The notes under the pieces are model-generated. The model saw only the letters and a list, made by a program, of their open reading frames with translations, was not told the DNA's origin and did no database searches. 64,000 nucleotides of DNA. It comes from Mycobacteriales bacterium. Lineage in GTDB: Bacteria; Actinomycetota; Actinomycetes; Mycobacteriales; QHCA01. The translations under genes were made by a program, and so were the position numbers. Below, piece by piece: positions 30,536-39,710 of this stretch; the stretch's first letter is position 1, and the number at the start of each line of letters is the position of its first letter. The stretch covers positions 6,570 to 70,569 of the forward strand of contig JBBPZR010000045.1 of NCBI GenBank assembly GCA_038276285.1, written 5' to 3'.

Positions 30536-30540
30536 TACCG

Positions 30541-31281
30541 GTGAGCATCGAGGCGGTGATCGACCGGATGGTGCGTCTGCAGGAGCGGCTGCCGGCCGAT
30601 GACGGTCGGCTTTTCTTCCACGCCACCTATCTGCGTACGACCCGCACGGTGGCCGCCGATCTGAGCGCCGCCGGCTTCGCGGACGTGGCCTGGGTCGAGC
30701 AGTGGGACGTCGCTTTCGCCGACCTCTATCTCGACGCCCTGGAGGCGACGCTGGCCGGTGGTCCGGCGCCCGGGCCGTGGGCCATCGCCTTCTCGGCCGC
30801 CGCCGCCCCGAATCCCCTGCCGCCGCTGCGTCAGGTGCTGCTCGGGATGAACGCGCACATCAACTACGACTTGCCGCAGGCCCTGATCGCGGTGATCTCG
30901 CCGGCGGACTTCGACACCCCGGCAGTTGTCGAGCGTCGGCAGCACGACCATCGCCGCATCGACGAGTTGCTGAGCTCGCGGGTGTCCGACGAGGATGCCG
31001 AGCTGCTGGCGCTGGGCGCGAGTCGGCTCGACCGGCTGCTTGCTCCGCTGAACCACCTAGCCACCAAGCGCTTCCTCAAGGAGGCCAGGCGCAAGGTGTG
31101 GCAGAACGCCCGACTCCTCGATGCGGCGCGCCGCGTCGGACCGGCCGCCTGCTCCGCTCGGCTGGCAGAACTGGAAAAGCTCAGTGCCGATCGGGTGGCC
31201 GATCTGCAGGCGCCGGGACAAGTGGTGCTGAAGCTCGCGCTACGCGGCTTCGGTGTGCAGCTGCCGGCTGCCGCCCGCTGA
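30541..31281 (+). CDS. DUF5995-like protein
   Basis: Protein-like sequence begins at VSIEAVIDRMVRLQERLP and contains MNAHINYDLPQAL. The earlier part of ORF 30328..31281 is a translation of the repeats. Confidence 0.55.
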   Translation: MSIEAVIDRMVRLQERLPADDGRLFFHATYLRTTRTVAADLSAAGFADVAWVEQWDVAFADLYLDALEATLAGGPAPGPWAIAFSAAAAPNPLPPLRQVLLGMNAHINYDLPQALIAVISPADFDTPAVVERRQHDHRRIDELLSSRVSDEDAELLALGASRLDRLLAPLNHLATKRFLKEARRKVWQNARLLDAARRVGPAACSARLAELEKLSADRVADLQAPGQVVLKLALRGFGVQLPAAAR

Positions 31282-31293
31282 CCGTCACGGGGC

Positions 31294-31515
31294 TCAGTCG
31301 TCGTCCGGGCTGCCGGTGCCGGTGCCGGTGCTGGCGCGCCGCCGCGGCCGGGCGCTGAGGAGGCCGACCACCCCGACGCCGATGAGCATGAGTGGAACAA
31401 GCCAGCCGCGGCTGCCGGGCAGCAGGCCACCACGATCGAGCAGCCAGGTGGCCACCACGCCGAGGAAGAACAGCCCGGCGACGAGGGAGACGGTGTCGGT
31501 GGGGTGCCTAGTCAC
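31294..31515 (-). CDS. Small membrane protein downstream of the PspC-domain gene
   Basis: The GTG at 31515 overlaps the upstream stop. Two hydrophobic helices (VSLVAGLFFLGVVATWLL, WLVPLMLIGVGVVGLL). Confidence 0.45.
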   Translation of the reverse strand: MTRHPTDTVSLVAGLFFLGVVATWLLDRGGLLPGSRGWLVPLMLIGVGVVGLLSARPRRRASTGTGTGSPDDD

Positions 31516-32695
31516 GGGAGACCTCCAGGTCGCCGAGTCCGTTGTCGAGGTAGAGCTGCAGCCGGCCGCCGCCGGCACCGTCGGCGCCGAGGTCGGTGAC
31601 GGTGTCGCGTACCCCGGTGCCGTCGGAGCGCTTGCCGAACAGGTTGAGGTTTCCGGCGCCCGTACGGGCGTGTACGACGACGTCGACATCGGCTGGCACA
31701 AGCACCCGGAGATCCCCGACGCCCACCTGCATCCTGGTGGTGACGGAGGCGTCGGAGAAGTCCACGGCGGTGAGGTCGAGGCGGGCGTCACCGACGCCGA
31801 GGTTGTAGGCCTGCTGGATCTTCGACGCGGTCTGCGGCGACCAGTGGCGGTCGCCGACCGTGCCGAGATGGCGCCAGTGCCCGGCGGCGCTCAGTCCGGC
31901 AAGTGCGATGCAGAGCACGATACCGAGTGCGATCAGCCCCCGGGCCCGGCCGTACCACGTCCCGATGATCAGTCCTGCTCCGACGGCGCCGAGCGCGAGG
32001 GCGGCATAGGCCGCGGGCGCGATGCTGGCCGTGCTCAGCCGGTCGACGGCGATGAGGATGCCGAGGAGGACCAGCGTGGCGGAGATCACCAGGCGCCCGA
32101 GCGGAGAGCGCTCCCTGGGCGCGACCGGAGCAGCGGGAGGCGGGGGTGGGCCCGGTGGCATGGGGGTGGTGGGCGGCCCGGACTCCGAGGGGTACGCACC
32201 GCCGACCGAGCCGCCGTAGGGGCCGTGTGGGGCGTACGGCGGTGGCACGGGTGGACCTGAAGCGGGAGCGCCGGCCGCAACGGGCGACCGCCCGGTGTGC
32301 CGCACCAGCAGCAGCACGCCGACCACGGCGAGGATGAAGATGCCGACGTTGTGGCCGTTCACGGCACTCCCGAGGGCGATGGCGCCGATCACGGCGAGCA
32401 CGATCGTCGTCACCGTCGACGTGCTGCTCTGCCCGCGGCCCAACAGCGCCTCGGCGGGTGAGGCGGAGTCAGCGTCGTCGGCGAGGAACAGCCAGCCGGC
32501 GATATAGAGCACCGCGCCGACCCCGCCGAACAGCACGAGCACGGCGAGCAGGATGCGGAACACGATCGGGTCGACGCCGGTATGCCGGGCCAGGCCGCCG
32601 CAGACTCCGGCGATCTTGCGATCCTCCCGGCTGCGGCGCAGGGGTGGCCGTTCGGTGGCTGTGGCGGCGGCGGGCGGCGCTTGCTCACTTGTCAT
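31508..32695 (-). CDS. PspC domain-containing membrane protein
   Basis: LRRSREDRKIAGVCGGLARHTGVDPIVFRILLAVLVLFGGVGAVLYIAGWL. Start at ATG 32695. Confidence 0.8.
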   Translation of the reverse strand: MTSEQAPPAAATATERPPLRRSREDRKIAGVCGGLARHTGVDPIVFRILLAVLVLFGGVGAVLYIAGWLFLADDADSASPAEALLGRGQSSTSTVTTIVLAVIGAIALGSAVNGHNVGIFILAVVGVLLLVRHTGRSPVAAGAPASGPPVPPPYAPHGPYGGSVGGAYPSESGPPTTPMPPGPPPPPAAPVAPRERSPLGRLVISATLVLLGILIAVDRLSTASIAPAAYAALALGAVGAGLIIGTWYGRARGLIALGIVLCIALAGLSAAGHWRHLGTVGDRHWSPQTASKIQQAYNLGVGDARLDLTAVDFSDASVTTRMQVGVGDLRVLVPADVDVVVHARTGAGNLNLFGKRSDGTGVRDTVTDLGADGAGGGRLQLYLDNGLGDLEVSRD

Positions 32696-32790
32696 GCGTT
32701 CAGCCTGGCGAGCCGGCGGGCGGCACACCATCGGGTACGACCCTGAGCCGACCCTGATCTTTGCCTCCCGCGATCTCAGGGTGTTGCCCC

Positions 32791-34074
32791 GTGGTGGTCG
32801 TCTCGGCCGCGTGTGACGATCAAGGTCGACGATCAAGGTCGCCAAATCGGAGGGCCAGCATCACCACGACATCCCCGCCCCGGCTGTACCGGCGCGCCGA
32901 CGGCAAGCTGGTTGCCGGCGTCGCGGGCGGTCTGGCAGATCACCTCGGGCTCAATCCCGTGGCGGTACGCGTGGGTTTCGTCGTACTGGCTGCCTTCAAC
33001 GGCCTTGGCGCGGTGCTCTACGCCGCCTTCTGGGCCCTCGTGCCGCAGCTCAGAGCCGACGGAACCGTGCGCCCGGCCGGCCGGCGTACTCCCGAGGGGA
33101 CCGGCCAGTTGCTGGCCTTCGGGGCCCTCGCCGTGGGCCTGCTGATCGCCGTACAACGGATCGGCTGGGCCAACCGCAGCGTGCTGGCGTGGCCGATTGC
33201 GGTCATCGTCGTGGGCGGTGCGCTCATCTGGCGGCAGGCCGACGAGGCGCAGCGGGCCAATTGGCAGCGGATCGTTGGCGGCCGTGGGGTGGGCGGCCGG
33301 GCCGCTGGCCGGCGGATCGCCGCGCTGCGTATCGCCGTCGGCGCGATCCTGGTCGCCGCCGGGCTGGCCAGTGCTCTCGCGGCGACCGGCAACCTGCGCG
33401 CCGTACGTGACGGCCTGTTGGCCACGGCCGTCATCCTGACCGGCCTCGCGGTGGTTACGGGGCCATGGTGGTGGCGGACGTGGAACGAGCTGGGCGCTGA
33501 GCGCCGCGAGCGGATCCGCTCGCAGGAGCGGGCCGAACTCGCCGCGCACGTCCACGATTCGGTGCTGCACACGCTGGCTCTGATCCAGCGGAATCTCGAC
33601 GATCCGCGGGAGGTCGCCCGGCTGGCCCGGGGCCAGGAGCGCGAGCTACGCGGCTGGCTGTACACACCGAGCGGGTCACCCGACGAACGGTTCGCGGCAG
33701 CCGTGGAAGCGGCCGCCGCCGAGGTCGAGGACAGCTACGCGGTATCCGTCGAGCAGGTGGTGGTGGGGGACTGCGAGGTCGACGACGACCTTTCCGCCCT
33801 CGTAAAGGCCGCCCGTGAGGCGCTGGTCAACGCGGCCAAGCACGCCGGCGTTGCCGCGGTGTCCCTCTACGCCGAGGTGGAAAGCGAGCAGGTCACGGTC
33901 TTCGTCCGCGACCGCGGCAGCGGCTTCGATCCGGCCGCCGTGGCCGATGACCGGCATGGCGTGAGCGGATCGATCGTGGGCCGCATGGAGCGACACGGCG
34001 GCACCGCCGACGTGCGCAGCGCGGCCGGGGAGGGCACCGAGGTGCGGTTGATGATGAAGAGGTCGAGCGGATGA
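32791..34074 (+). CDS. PspC-domain sensor histidine kinase
   Basis: N-terminal PspC domain (LYRRADGKLVAGVAGGLADHLGLNPVAVRVGFVVL), HisKA_3-like ELAAHVHDSVLHTL and an HATPase_c domain. Start is uncertain (GTG 32791 or TTG 32761). Confidence 0.8.
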   Translation: MVVVSAACDDQGRRSRSPNRRASITTTSPPRLYRRADGKLVAGVAGGLADHLGLNPVAVRVGFVVLAAFNGLGAVLYAAFWALVPQLRADGTVRPAGRRTPEGTGQLLAFGALAVGLLIAVQRIGWANRSVLAWPIAVIVVGGALIWRQADEAQRANWQRIVGGRGVGGRAAGRRIAALRIAVGAILVAAGLASALAATGNLRAVRDGLLATAVILTGLAVVTGPWWWRTWNELGAERRERIRSQERAELAAHVHDSVLHTLALIQRNLDDPREVARLARGQERELRGWLYTPSGSPDERFAAAVEAAAAEVEDSYAVSVEQVVVGDCEVDDDLSALVKAAREALVNAAKHAGVAAVSLYAEVESEQVTVFVRDRGSGFDPAAVADDRHGVSGSIVGRMERHGGTADVRSAAGEGTEVRLMMKRSSG

Positions 34075-34706
34075 CCCGGGTGTTCCTGGTCGACGATCAC
34101 GGCATGTTCCGCACCGGAGTACGCGCGGAGCTCGGTGGCGTCCTCGATGTGGCCGGCGAGGCCGGCACGGTCGCCGAGGCGGTGGCCGGCGTCCGTCGCA
34201 CGGAGCCCGACGTCGTGCTCCTCGACGTACACATGCCCGACGGTGGGGGGCGGGCCGTCATCGAGGCGGTGCACGCGACGCACCCCGACATCCGGTTCCT
34301 GGCGCTGTCGGTGTCGGACGCCGCAGAGGACGTCATCGGTGTGATCAGGGCCGGCGCCCGCGGCTATGTCACCAAGACGATCTCCGGGCCGGACCTGGTC
34401 GACGCGATTCGCCGGGTCGCCGAGGGCGACGCGGTCTTCTCTCCGCGGCTCGCCGGGTTCGTGCTCGACGCCTTCTCGATGCGGGCCGACGCGCGAGTGA
34501 CCGATCCGGAGCTGGACCTGCTCACCGCCCGGGAGCGCGAGGTGCTGCGCCTGCTGGCCCGCGGCTACGCGTACAAGGAGATCGCCACCGAGCTGTTCAT
34601 CTCGGTGAAGACGGTGGAGACCCACGCCTCGAATGTGTTGCGCAAGCTCCAGCTCTCCAACCGCCACGAGCTCACGCGCTGGGCTACCGACCGCCGCATC
34701 GTCTAG
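34071..34706 (+). CDS. NarL/LuxR-family response regulator
   Basis: VFLVDDH...VVLLDVHMPDGGG receiver domain and a C-terminal LTAREREVLRLLARGYAYKEIATELFISVKTVETH. Confidence 0.9.
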   Translation: MTRVFLVDDHGMFRTGVRAELGGVLDVAGEAGTVAEAVAGVRRTEPDVVLLDVHMPDGGGRAVIEAVHATHPDIRFLALSVSDAAEDVIGVIRAGARGYVTKTISGPDLVDAIRRVAEGDAVFSPRLAGFVLDAFSMRADARVTDPELDLLTAREREVLRLLARGYAYKEIATELFISVKTVETHASNVLRKLQLSNRHELTRWATDRRIV

Positions 34707-34725
34707 TCGTGCCGGGCCGCCGTTG

Positions 34726-35747
34726 TCAGGCGATGCCGGTAATGACGTTGTAGCCGGTCTCGGAGGCAGTGACACCGACCTGGTCGAAGCCGGCGCTGGA
34801 CAGGGCGGTGGTGATCCAGCCCGGTCCGTCACCCCCGGTGAGACCGCTGCCCCCTGCGGCCAAATTTTCCTGAAGGCAATAGAGCAGGCCAGCGGAGTAC
34901 ACGATGAGCGCAAAAAATGCGTTTGCAGCGCAATCCACGGACAGGTCGCCGGTCAGACCGGACTCGGCGATGAGGAAGACCCCGCCCGGGTTGAGGATCT
35001 TGTGGACCTCGTCCATCACCCCGGCGGGGTCTCCGAGGTGGTGCAGCGAATCGAGGCAGATTACGAGGTCGAACCTGTCGCCGTCCGGCATCGCCCGCGC
35101 GTCCGCCATGCGGAGTTCGACATTGCCGGGCAGTCCCCCCTGCTCAGCACCGCAGGATCGAGGTCGTAGCCGATGACGTGTGTGCGCGGGAACGCGGTGC
35201 CGATCAGAGCTGCCGCTGCGCCGTTGCCACAAGCGATGTCGGCAACCTGCCCGCCGGTGGTGAGAGTCTCGACAAGTCCGGCCACGCCACCGATCCACTC
35301 CGGCACCAGCGCGGCTGCGTAGATCGGGGTGTTGATCGTGGCCACGGCTTCGCCGTAGCTCCGGTGATAGGTGCCCGGGCCGACGCCTTGACCGGTATGC
35401 ATGGCTTTCGCCACTTCGTCCATGACGGCAGGTGTGCCGCTCGCGAAGTCGATGATCGCTCGGGCGTGAACGGGGAACTCGGGGCCAAGCACCATCGTGG
35501 TCTCAGCGCTGAGCGCGAACTGGCCGTCGGCTGCGGTCACGTGCCCAGCAGCCGTCAGCGCCCGCAACCACTCCAGGCAGTTGCGCGGGTCGACCCCGGC
35601 CCGCGCGCCGATCTCCTCCGCCGTGCCGGACCCTTCGCTGATCGTATCGAGGAGCCCGGTGCGCGAGCCGAGAGCCAGCATGGTCATCGAGTACCAGCCG
35701 GCGAGATCACTAACGAACTTCGGCGGGGCGCGGCTCGGCTCCGACAT
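34726..35747 (-). pseudogene. Class I SAM-dependent methyltransferase with N-terminal winged-helix region; frameshifted in a homopolymer
   Basis: ORF 35061..36032 (from MSEPSR at 35747; ADIACGNGAAA motif I) continues in ORF 34726..35298 (RFDLVICLDSLHHLGDP). The frames join if the C6 run at 35135-35140 is one base longer. Confidence 0.7.
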
Positions 35748-35829
35748 GGACGTCCCTTTCGGTCGTTGGAAACCTCTATTCCGACGCGACGTCTCGCCTC
35801 GCCCACAACGAAGCATTGCATTCTGGTTC

Positions 35830-36245
35830 GTGGTGCGAAGGGAAAGCCTCATCTCCGTGTCGTCGTGCGGCGACCCAGACGTAGTCAGTGGGCGAACCGC
35901 CTTGATCGCAGCGCTCAGGGCTCGCGCCGCAAGCCCGGCACCCTGTCGATTCAGGCCGGTCGTCGCGTACAGATCAAGTGCTCCCGCCAGCGCGACCGGG
36001 TTGGCGGGTGGATGTTTTGGCTGGGCGATCACGGCTTGCAGAAGGTGAACGATGGCAGCCGGTGAGACGTTATGGACCGAGCGCAGTACCTAAACGACCT
36101 CGGCCGCCACCAGATCGGTGAGCAACACATCGTCGGCTCGGCCAAGCAGGAGACCGGCTCGCGTAGCTTGCTCTGGAAGATCCCGTGAAATGACGGATCA
36201 CGACGTTCGTGGCCACCAGCGGTGTCCCGGAGCGTTCGACGCCAT
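35830..36245 (-). pseudogene. Decayed PIN-domain (VapC-like) toxin gene
   Basis: PLVATNVVIRHFTG in one frame. DLPEQATRAGLLLGRADDVLLTDLVAAEVV*VLRSVHNVSPAAIVHLLQAV...ALDLYATTGL in another frame, with an in-frame TAG at 36090-36092. Confidence 0.5.
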
Positions 36246-36388
36246 GGCGCCAGGGCGGTGGCCGGATCTCTTCCCAGCTCAGCCCGCGCAGGCTCTCCGG
36301 GAAGAACACCGTGTCGCCTTCGTGGAGCCCGAGGGAGCGCCGCACCTCGACAGCGATGGCGATCTGCCCTTTGGGGGAGCGCCGTCAA
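36240..36388 (-). pseudogene. Decayed AbrB/SpoVT-type antitoxin gene
   Basis: KGQIAIAVEVRRSLGLHEGDTVFF looped-hinge-helix motif. It is separated from its likely TTG start (36388) by a frameshift in the G5 run at 36374-36378. Confidence 0.5.
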
Positions 36389-36392
36389 CAGG

Positions 36393-37118
36393 CTAGGCGG
36401 TCGAGATCACCTGGAAGGCCTCGGCCAGCCGGCCCTCGGGGAGGCTGGCGGCCAGCGCATTCGCCGACAGCCAGCCGCGGAGCATCCCCTCGAGATCGTC
36501 CATTTGGGCGGTCTGGCTCTTGTGCTCGCGCAGCGCGGCGACCTTGCGGTCGAAGGTGTCGGTGATGTCGACGTAGTGGTCGGGGATCGGGCCGCCCGAG
36601 AGCCAGACTTCGGCCACCTTCCACTCTTCCAGCCCCTCGTCGCGCAGCAACTCGGTGTGGGCGTAGGGGTTGCGCGCGTCGGGATAGACGGCGCAGAGCG
36701 ATGCCTCGCCGGTGGCCAGGTGATCGGGGTGGCTGGGGCCGATCCGGTGCCAGTTGCGCAGTGGTGACTGGGTGAGCAGCCGCTGCGGGCGAACCCGGCG
36801 GATCTCGCGGCTGATGTCGCGCCGGAGGTCGAAGGTTACCTCGACCCGCCCGTCGGGATAGCCGAGGAAGACGAGGTCCTCCACACCCACCGCGGCGGCC
36901 GCCGCTCGCTGCTCGGCCTCGCGGATGCCCGGTATCTCCGTGCGCGGCACGGCCGGGTCGAAGCCGCCCGCGTCGCCGTGGGTCACGAGGCAGTAGGACA
37001 CGGAGATGCCGGCGGCCGTCCAGGCCGCGATCGTGCCGGCGGCACCGAAGTCGGCGTCGTCGGGATGCGCGGCGACGACGAGAACCCGCTGGATGTCGGA
37101 GTCGGGGAGGGCGGTCAC
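36393..37118 (-). CDS. PIG-L (LmbE) family deacetylase
   Basis: VLVVAAHPDDADFGAAGTIA and HPDH motifs; 241 aa. Confidence 0.8.
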   Translation of the reverse strand: MTALPDSDIQRVLVVAAHPDDADFGAAGTIAAWTAAGISVSYCLVTHGDAGGFDPAVPRTEIPGIREAEQRAAAAAVGVEDLVFLGYPDGRVEVTFDLRRDISREIRRVRPQRLLTQSPLRNWHRIGPSHPDHLATGEASLCAVYPDARNPYAHTELLRDEGLEEWKVAEVWLSGGPIPDHYVDITDTFDRKVAALREHKSQTAQMDDLEGMLRGWLSANALAASLPEGRLAEAFQVISTA

Positions 37119-37145
37119 GACTGCCCATGCTACGTGCGTCTCCGC

Positions 37146-37946
37146 TCAGCTCCGCGGCACCACCTGGTAGCGACGGTGTTCCAGGGAAGGCAGCCTGGTA
37201 CGCACCTCCCGGACTCGATCGGCCGTGACGTCCGCGCTGGCGACGGCGTCGGTCTCGGCGCACTGCGCCACGACCACCCCCATCGGGTCGACGATCATGC
37301 TGCGGCCGGCGAAATCCGGCGGCCCCTGCGCGGCCGCCGCGAGATAGCAGGTGTTCTCGATGGCCCGTGCCCGGGCCAGGGTGACCCAGTGGTCCTCCTT
37401 GAGCGGGCCGGCGACCCAGGCGGCCGGCAGCGCGAGCAGGGTCGTACCTAGGTCCACGAGTGCCCGGCTCAACTCCGGGAAGCGCAGGTCGTAGCAGGTC
37501 AGCACGCCCACCGCGAGGCCCTGCACATCGATGACGAGGAGGGGATCGAAAGCACTGCCGGCTAGCAGCCGGTCGGACTCGCGCCAGCCGAAGGCGTCGA
37601 AGAGGTGCACCTTGCGGTAGGCGCCGCGCACGCCGGCCTGGTCGACAGCGACCACGGTGTTGAACACCTTGCCGTCGTCGCCGGCCACCGCCTCGAACAT
37701 GCCCGCGATGACGGTGCATCCGCTGCCCCTGACCGCGTTGGTCAGCGCCGCGACGAAGGGGCCGTCGAGGGGCTCGGCGTGCCCCGCAAGTGGGTCGTCG
37801 GGCCGGCCGAAGGGGTACATCGCCGCCTCGGGCAGTACGACAAGGTCGGCGCCCCGCCCGACCGCGCCGGCGACCTCGCCCGCGATGCGTTCGACGTTCG
37901 CGGCCTTGTCGCGCGTAGCGGTGAACTGCACGACGGTGACCCTCAC
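37146..37946 (-). CDS. Carbon-nitrogen hydrolase (nitrilase superfamily)
   Basis: VRVTVVQF...LVVLPE...HKVHLFD...VLTCYDLRFPE (Glu-Lys-Cys triad context). GTG 37946 taken as start. Confidence 0.8.
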   Translation of the reverse strand: MRVTVVQFTATRDKAANVERIAGEVAGAVGRGADLVVLPEAAMYPFGRPDDPLAGHAEPLDGPFVAALTNAVRGSGCTVIAGMFEAVAGDDGKVFNTVVAVDQAGVRGAYRKVHLFDAFGWRESDRLLAGSAFDPLLVIDVQGLAVGVLTCYDLRFPELSRALVDLGTTLLALPAAWVAGPLKEDHWVTLARARAIENTCYLAAAAQGPPDFAGRSMIVDPMGVVVAQCAETDAVASADVTADRVREVRTRLPSLEHRRYQVVPRS

Positions 37947-37992
37947 CCGGTCGATCCTGCCATGTGCGGGCGTGCCGACGTAGGCTCCGAAG

Positions 37993-39171
37993 GTGCCCGC
38001 CCGCAGCCCGCTCGTCGCCCGGATGGCACCTTTCGGCACGACAGTGTTCGCTGAGATGACCGCCCTCGCCGCGCACACCGGTGCCATCAACCTCGGCCAG
38101 GGCTTCCCCGACACCGACGGGCCGCCGGCCATGCTCGACATGGCCGTCGAGGCGATCCGGTCCGGGGTCAACCAGTACCCGCCCGGCCCGGGCATGCCCG
38201 CGTTGCGCGAGGCGGTCGCCGGACACCGACTGGCGCACTACGGCCTGTCGTACGACCCCGCCAGCGAGGTGCTGGTGACGGTCGGAGCGACCGAGGCCAT
38301 TTCGGCGACGCTGCTGGCCCTGTGCGAGACCGGTGACGAGGTCGTGGTGTTCGAGCCCTACTACGACTCGTACGCGGCGGCGATCGCCCTGGCCGGTGGC
38401 GTGCGGCGACCGGTCACCCTTCGACCGTCCGAAGTGGACGGCCGGTTCACATTCGACCCCGACGACCTGGGTGGGGCGATCGGCCCGCGTACCCGGCTGC
38501 TGCTGGTCAACTCGCCGCATAACCCGACCGGGACCGTGTTCGGTCCGCAGGAGCTGGCCCGCATAGCGGCTGTCTGCCGGGAGCACGACCTGCTCGCCGT
38601 GACCGACGAGGTATATGAGCATCTGACCTACGACGGGGTGGCACACGTGCCGCTGGCGTCGCTGGAGGGAATGCGCGAGCGCACGGTGTCCATCTCCTCG
38701 GCCGGCAAGACCTTCTCAGTGACCGGGTGGAAGATCGGCTGGGTCTGCGCCCCGGCTGCACTGGTCGCCGCCGTGAACACCGTGAAGCAGTTCCTCACCT
38801 TCACCGCCAACGGCGCGCTGCAGCTGGCCGTCGCGCACGCGCTCGTCCACGAGCTCGCCTGGGTGGAGGGCCTGCGTACTTCCCTGCAGTCCAAACGCGA
38901 CCGGCTTGCCGCCGGGCTCGCGGCGGCCGGCTTCGGGGTGCATCCCTGCGCCGGCACGTACTTCATCCAGGCCGATGTCCGGCCGCTCGGGCTGTCCGAC
39001 GCCACCGAACTCGCCTGGGGACTGCCCGAGCGTGCCGGGGTTGCCGGGATTCCCAGCGCGGTCTTCTACGACGACGGCGACGCCGGCCGGCCGTTCCTGC
39101 GGTTCGCCTTCTGCAAGCGCGACGAGGTGCTCGACGAGGCCGTGCGGCGATTGTCCGGCCCGCGGGTCTGA
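37993..39171 (+). CDS. PLP-dependent class I/II aminotransferase
   Basis: NLGQGFPD...NSPHNPTG...SSAGKTFSVTGWKIG (PLP lysine). Confidence 0.85.
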   Translation: MPARSPLVARMAPFGTTVFAEMTALAAHTGAINLGQGFPDTDGPPAMLDMAVEAIRSGVNQYPPGPGMPALREAVAGHRLAHYGLSYDPASEVLVTVGATEAISATLLALCETGDEVVVFEPYYDSYAAAIALAGGVRRPVTLRPSEVDGRFTFDPDDLGGAIGPRTRLLLVNSPHNPTGTVFGPQELARIAAVCREHDLLAVTDEVYEHLTYDGVAHVPLASLEGMRERTVSISSAGKTFSVTGWKIGWVCAPAALVAAVNTVKQFLTFTANGALQLAVAHALVHELAWVEGLRTSLQSKRDRLAAGLAAAGFGVHPCAGTYFIQADVRPLGLSDATELAWGLPERAGVAGIPSAVFYDDGDAGRPFLRFAFCKRDEVLDEAVRRLSGPRV

Positions 39172-39179
39172 GGGCGGTC

Positions 39180-39707
39180 ATGTCCGGCGTGCTCGAGTGG
39201 GTGGCAGCGGGGGACCGCCCACACCTGATGGCCGCCTCCGTGGCCGCGGCGGTGGCGGGGGATCGGGCCGTGCGGGTGGCCGAGATCGACCCCACGCTGG
39301 CGGATACCGCGGCGTTCTGCGAGCGGTACGGCGTGCCGATGGAGATCTCCGCCAACTGCGTGGTCGTCGCGGCGCGCCGCGGCGACGATACCCGGTTGGC
39401 CGCCTGCGTCGTCCTGGCCACCACCCGGGCCGACGTCAACGGCCTGGTCCGCCGCCACCTGGACGCGCGCAAGGCGTCGTTCGCCGCCATGGACACCGCC
39501 GTCGCGGGAAGCGGCATGGAGTACGGCGGCATCACGCCGGTCGGGCTGCCGGCGGGGTGGCCGGTCCTCGTCGACGCCGCCGTTGCCGCCGCTGCGGAGA
39601 TAGTCCTCGGCAGCGGCCTGCGCCGGTCCAAGCTCCTGCTGTCCGGTGCCTGGCTGGGTTCGCTGCCGGGGGTCGAGGTGCTCGACGGCCTCGGTGTGCG
39701 GGTCTGA
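39180..39707 (+). CDS. YbaK/EbsC-type aminoacyl-tRNA editing domain protein
   Basis: 175 aa. NCVVVAARR...GGITPVGLP...LGSGLRRSKL pattern. ATG at 39180. Confidence 0.6.
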   Translation: MSGVLEWVAAGDRPHLMAASVAAAVAGDRAVRVAEIDPTLADTAAFCERYGVPMEISANCVVVAARRGDDTRLAACVVLATTRADVNGLVRRHLDARKASFAAMDTAVAGSGMEYGGITPVGLPAGWPVLVDAAVAAAAEIVLGSGLRRSKLLLSGAWLGSLPGVEVLDGLGVRV

Positions 39708-39710
39708 GCC

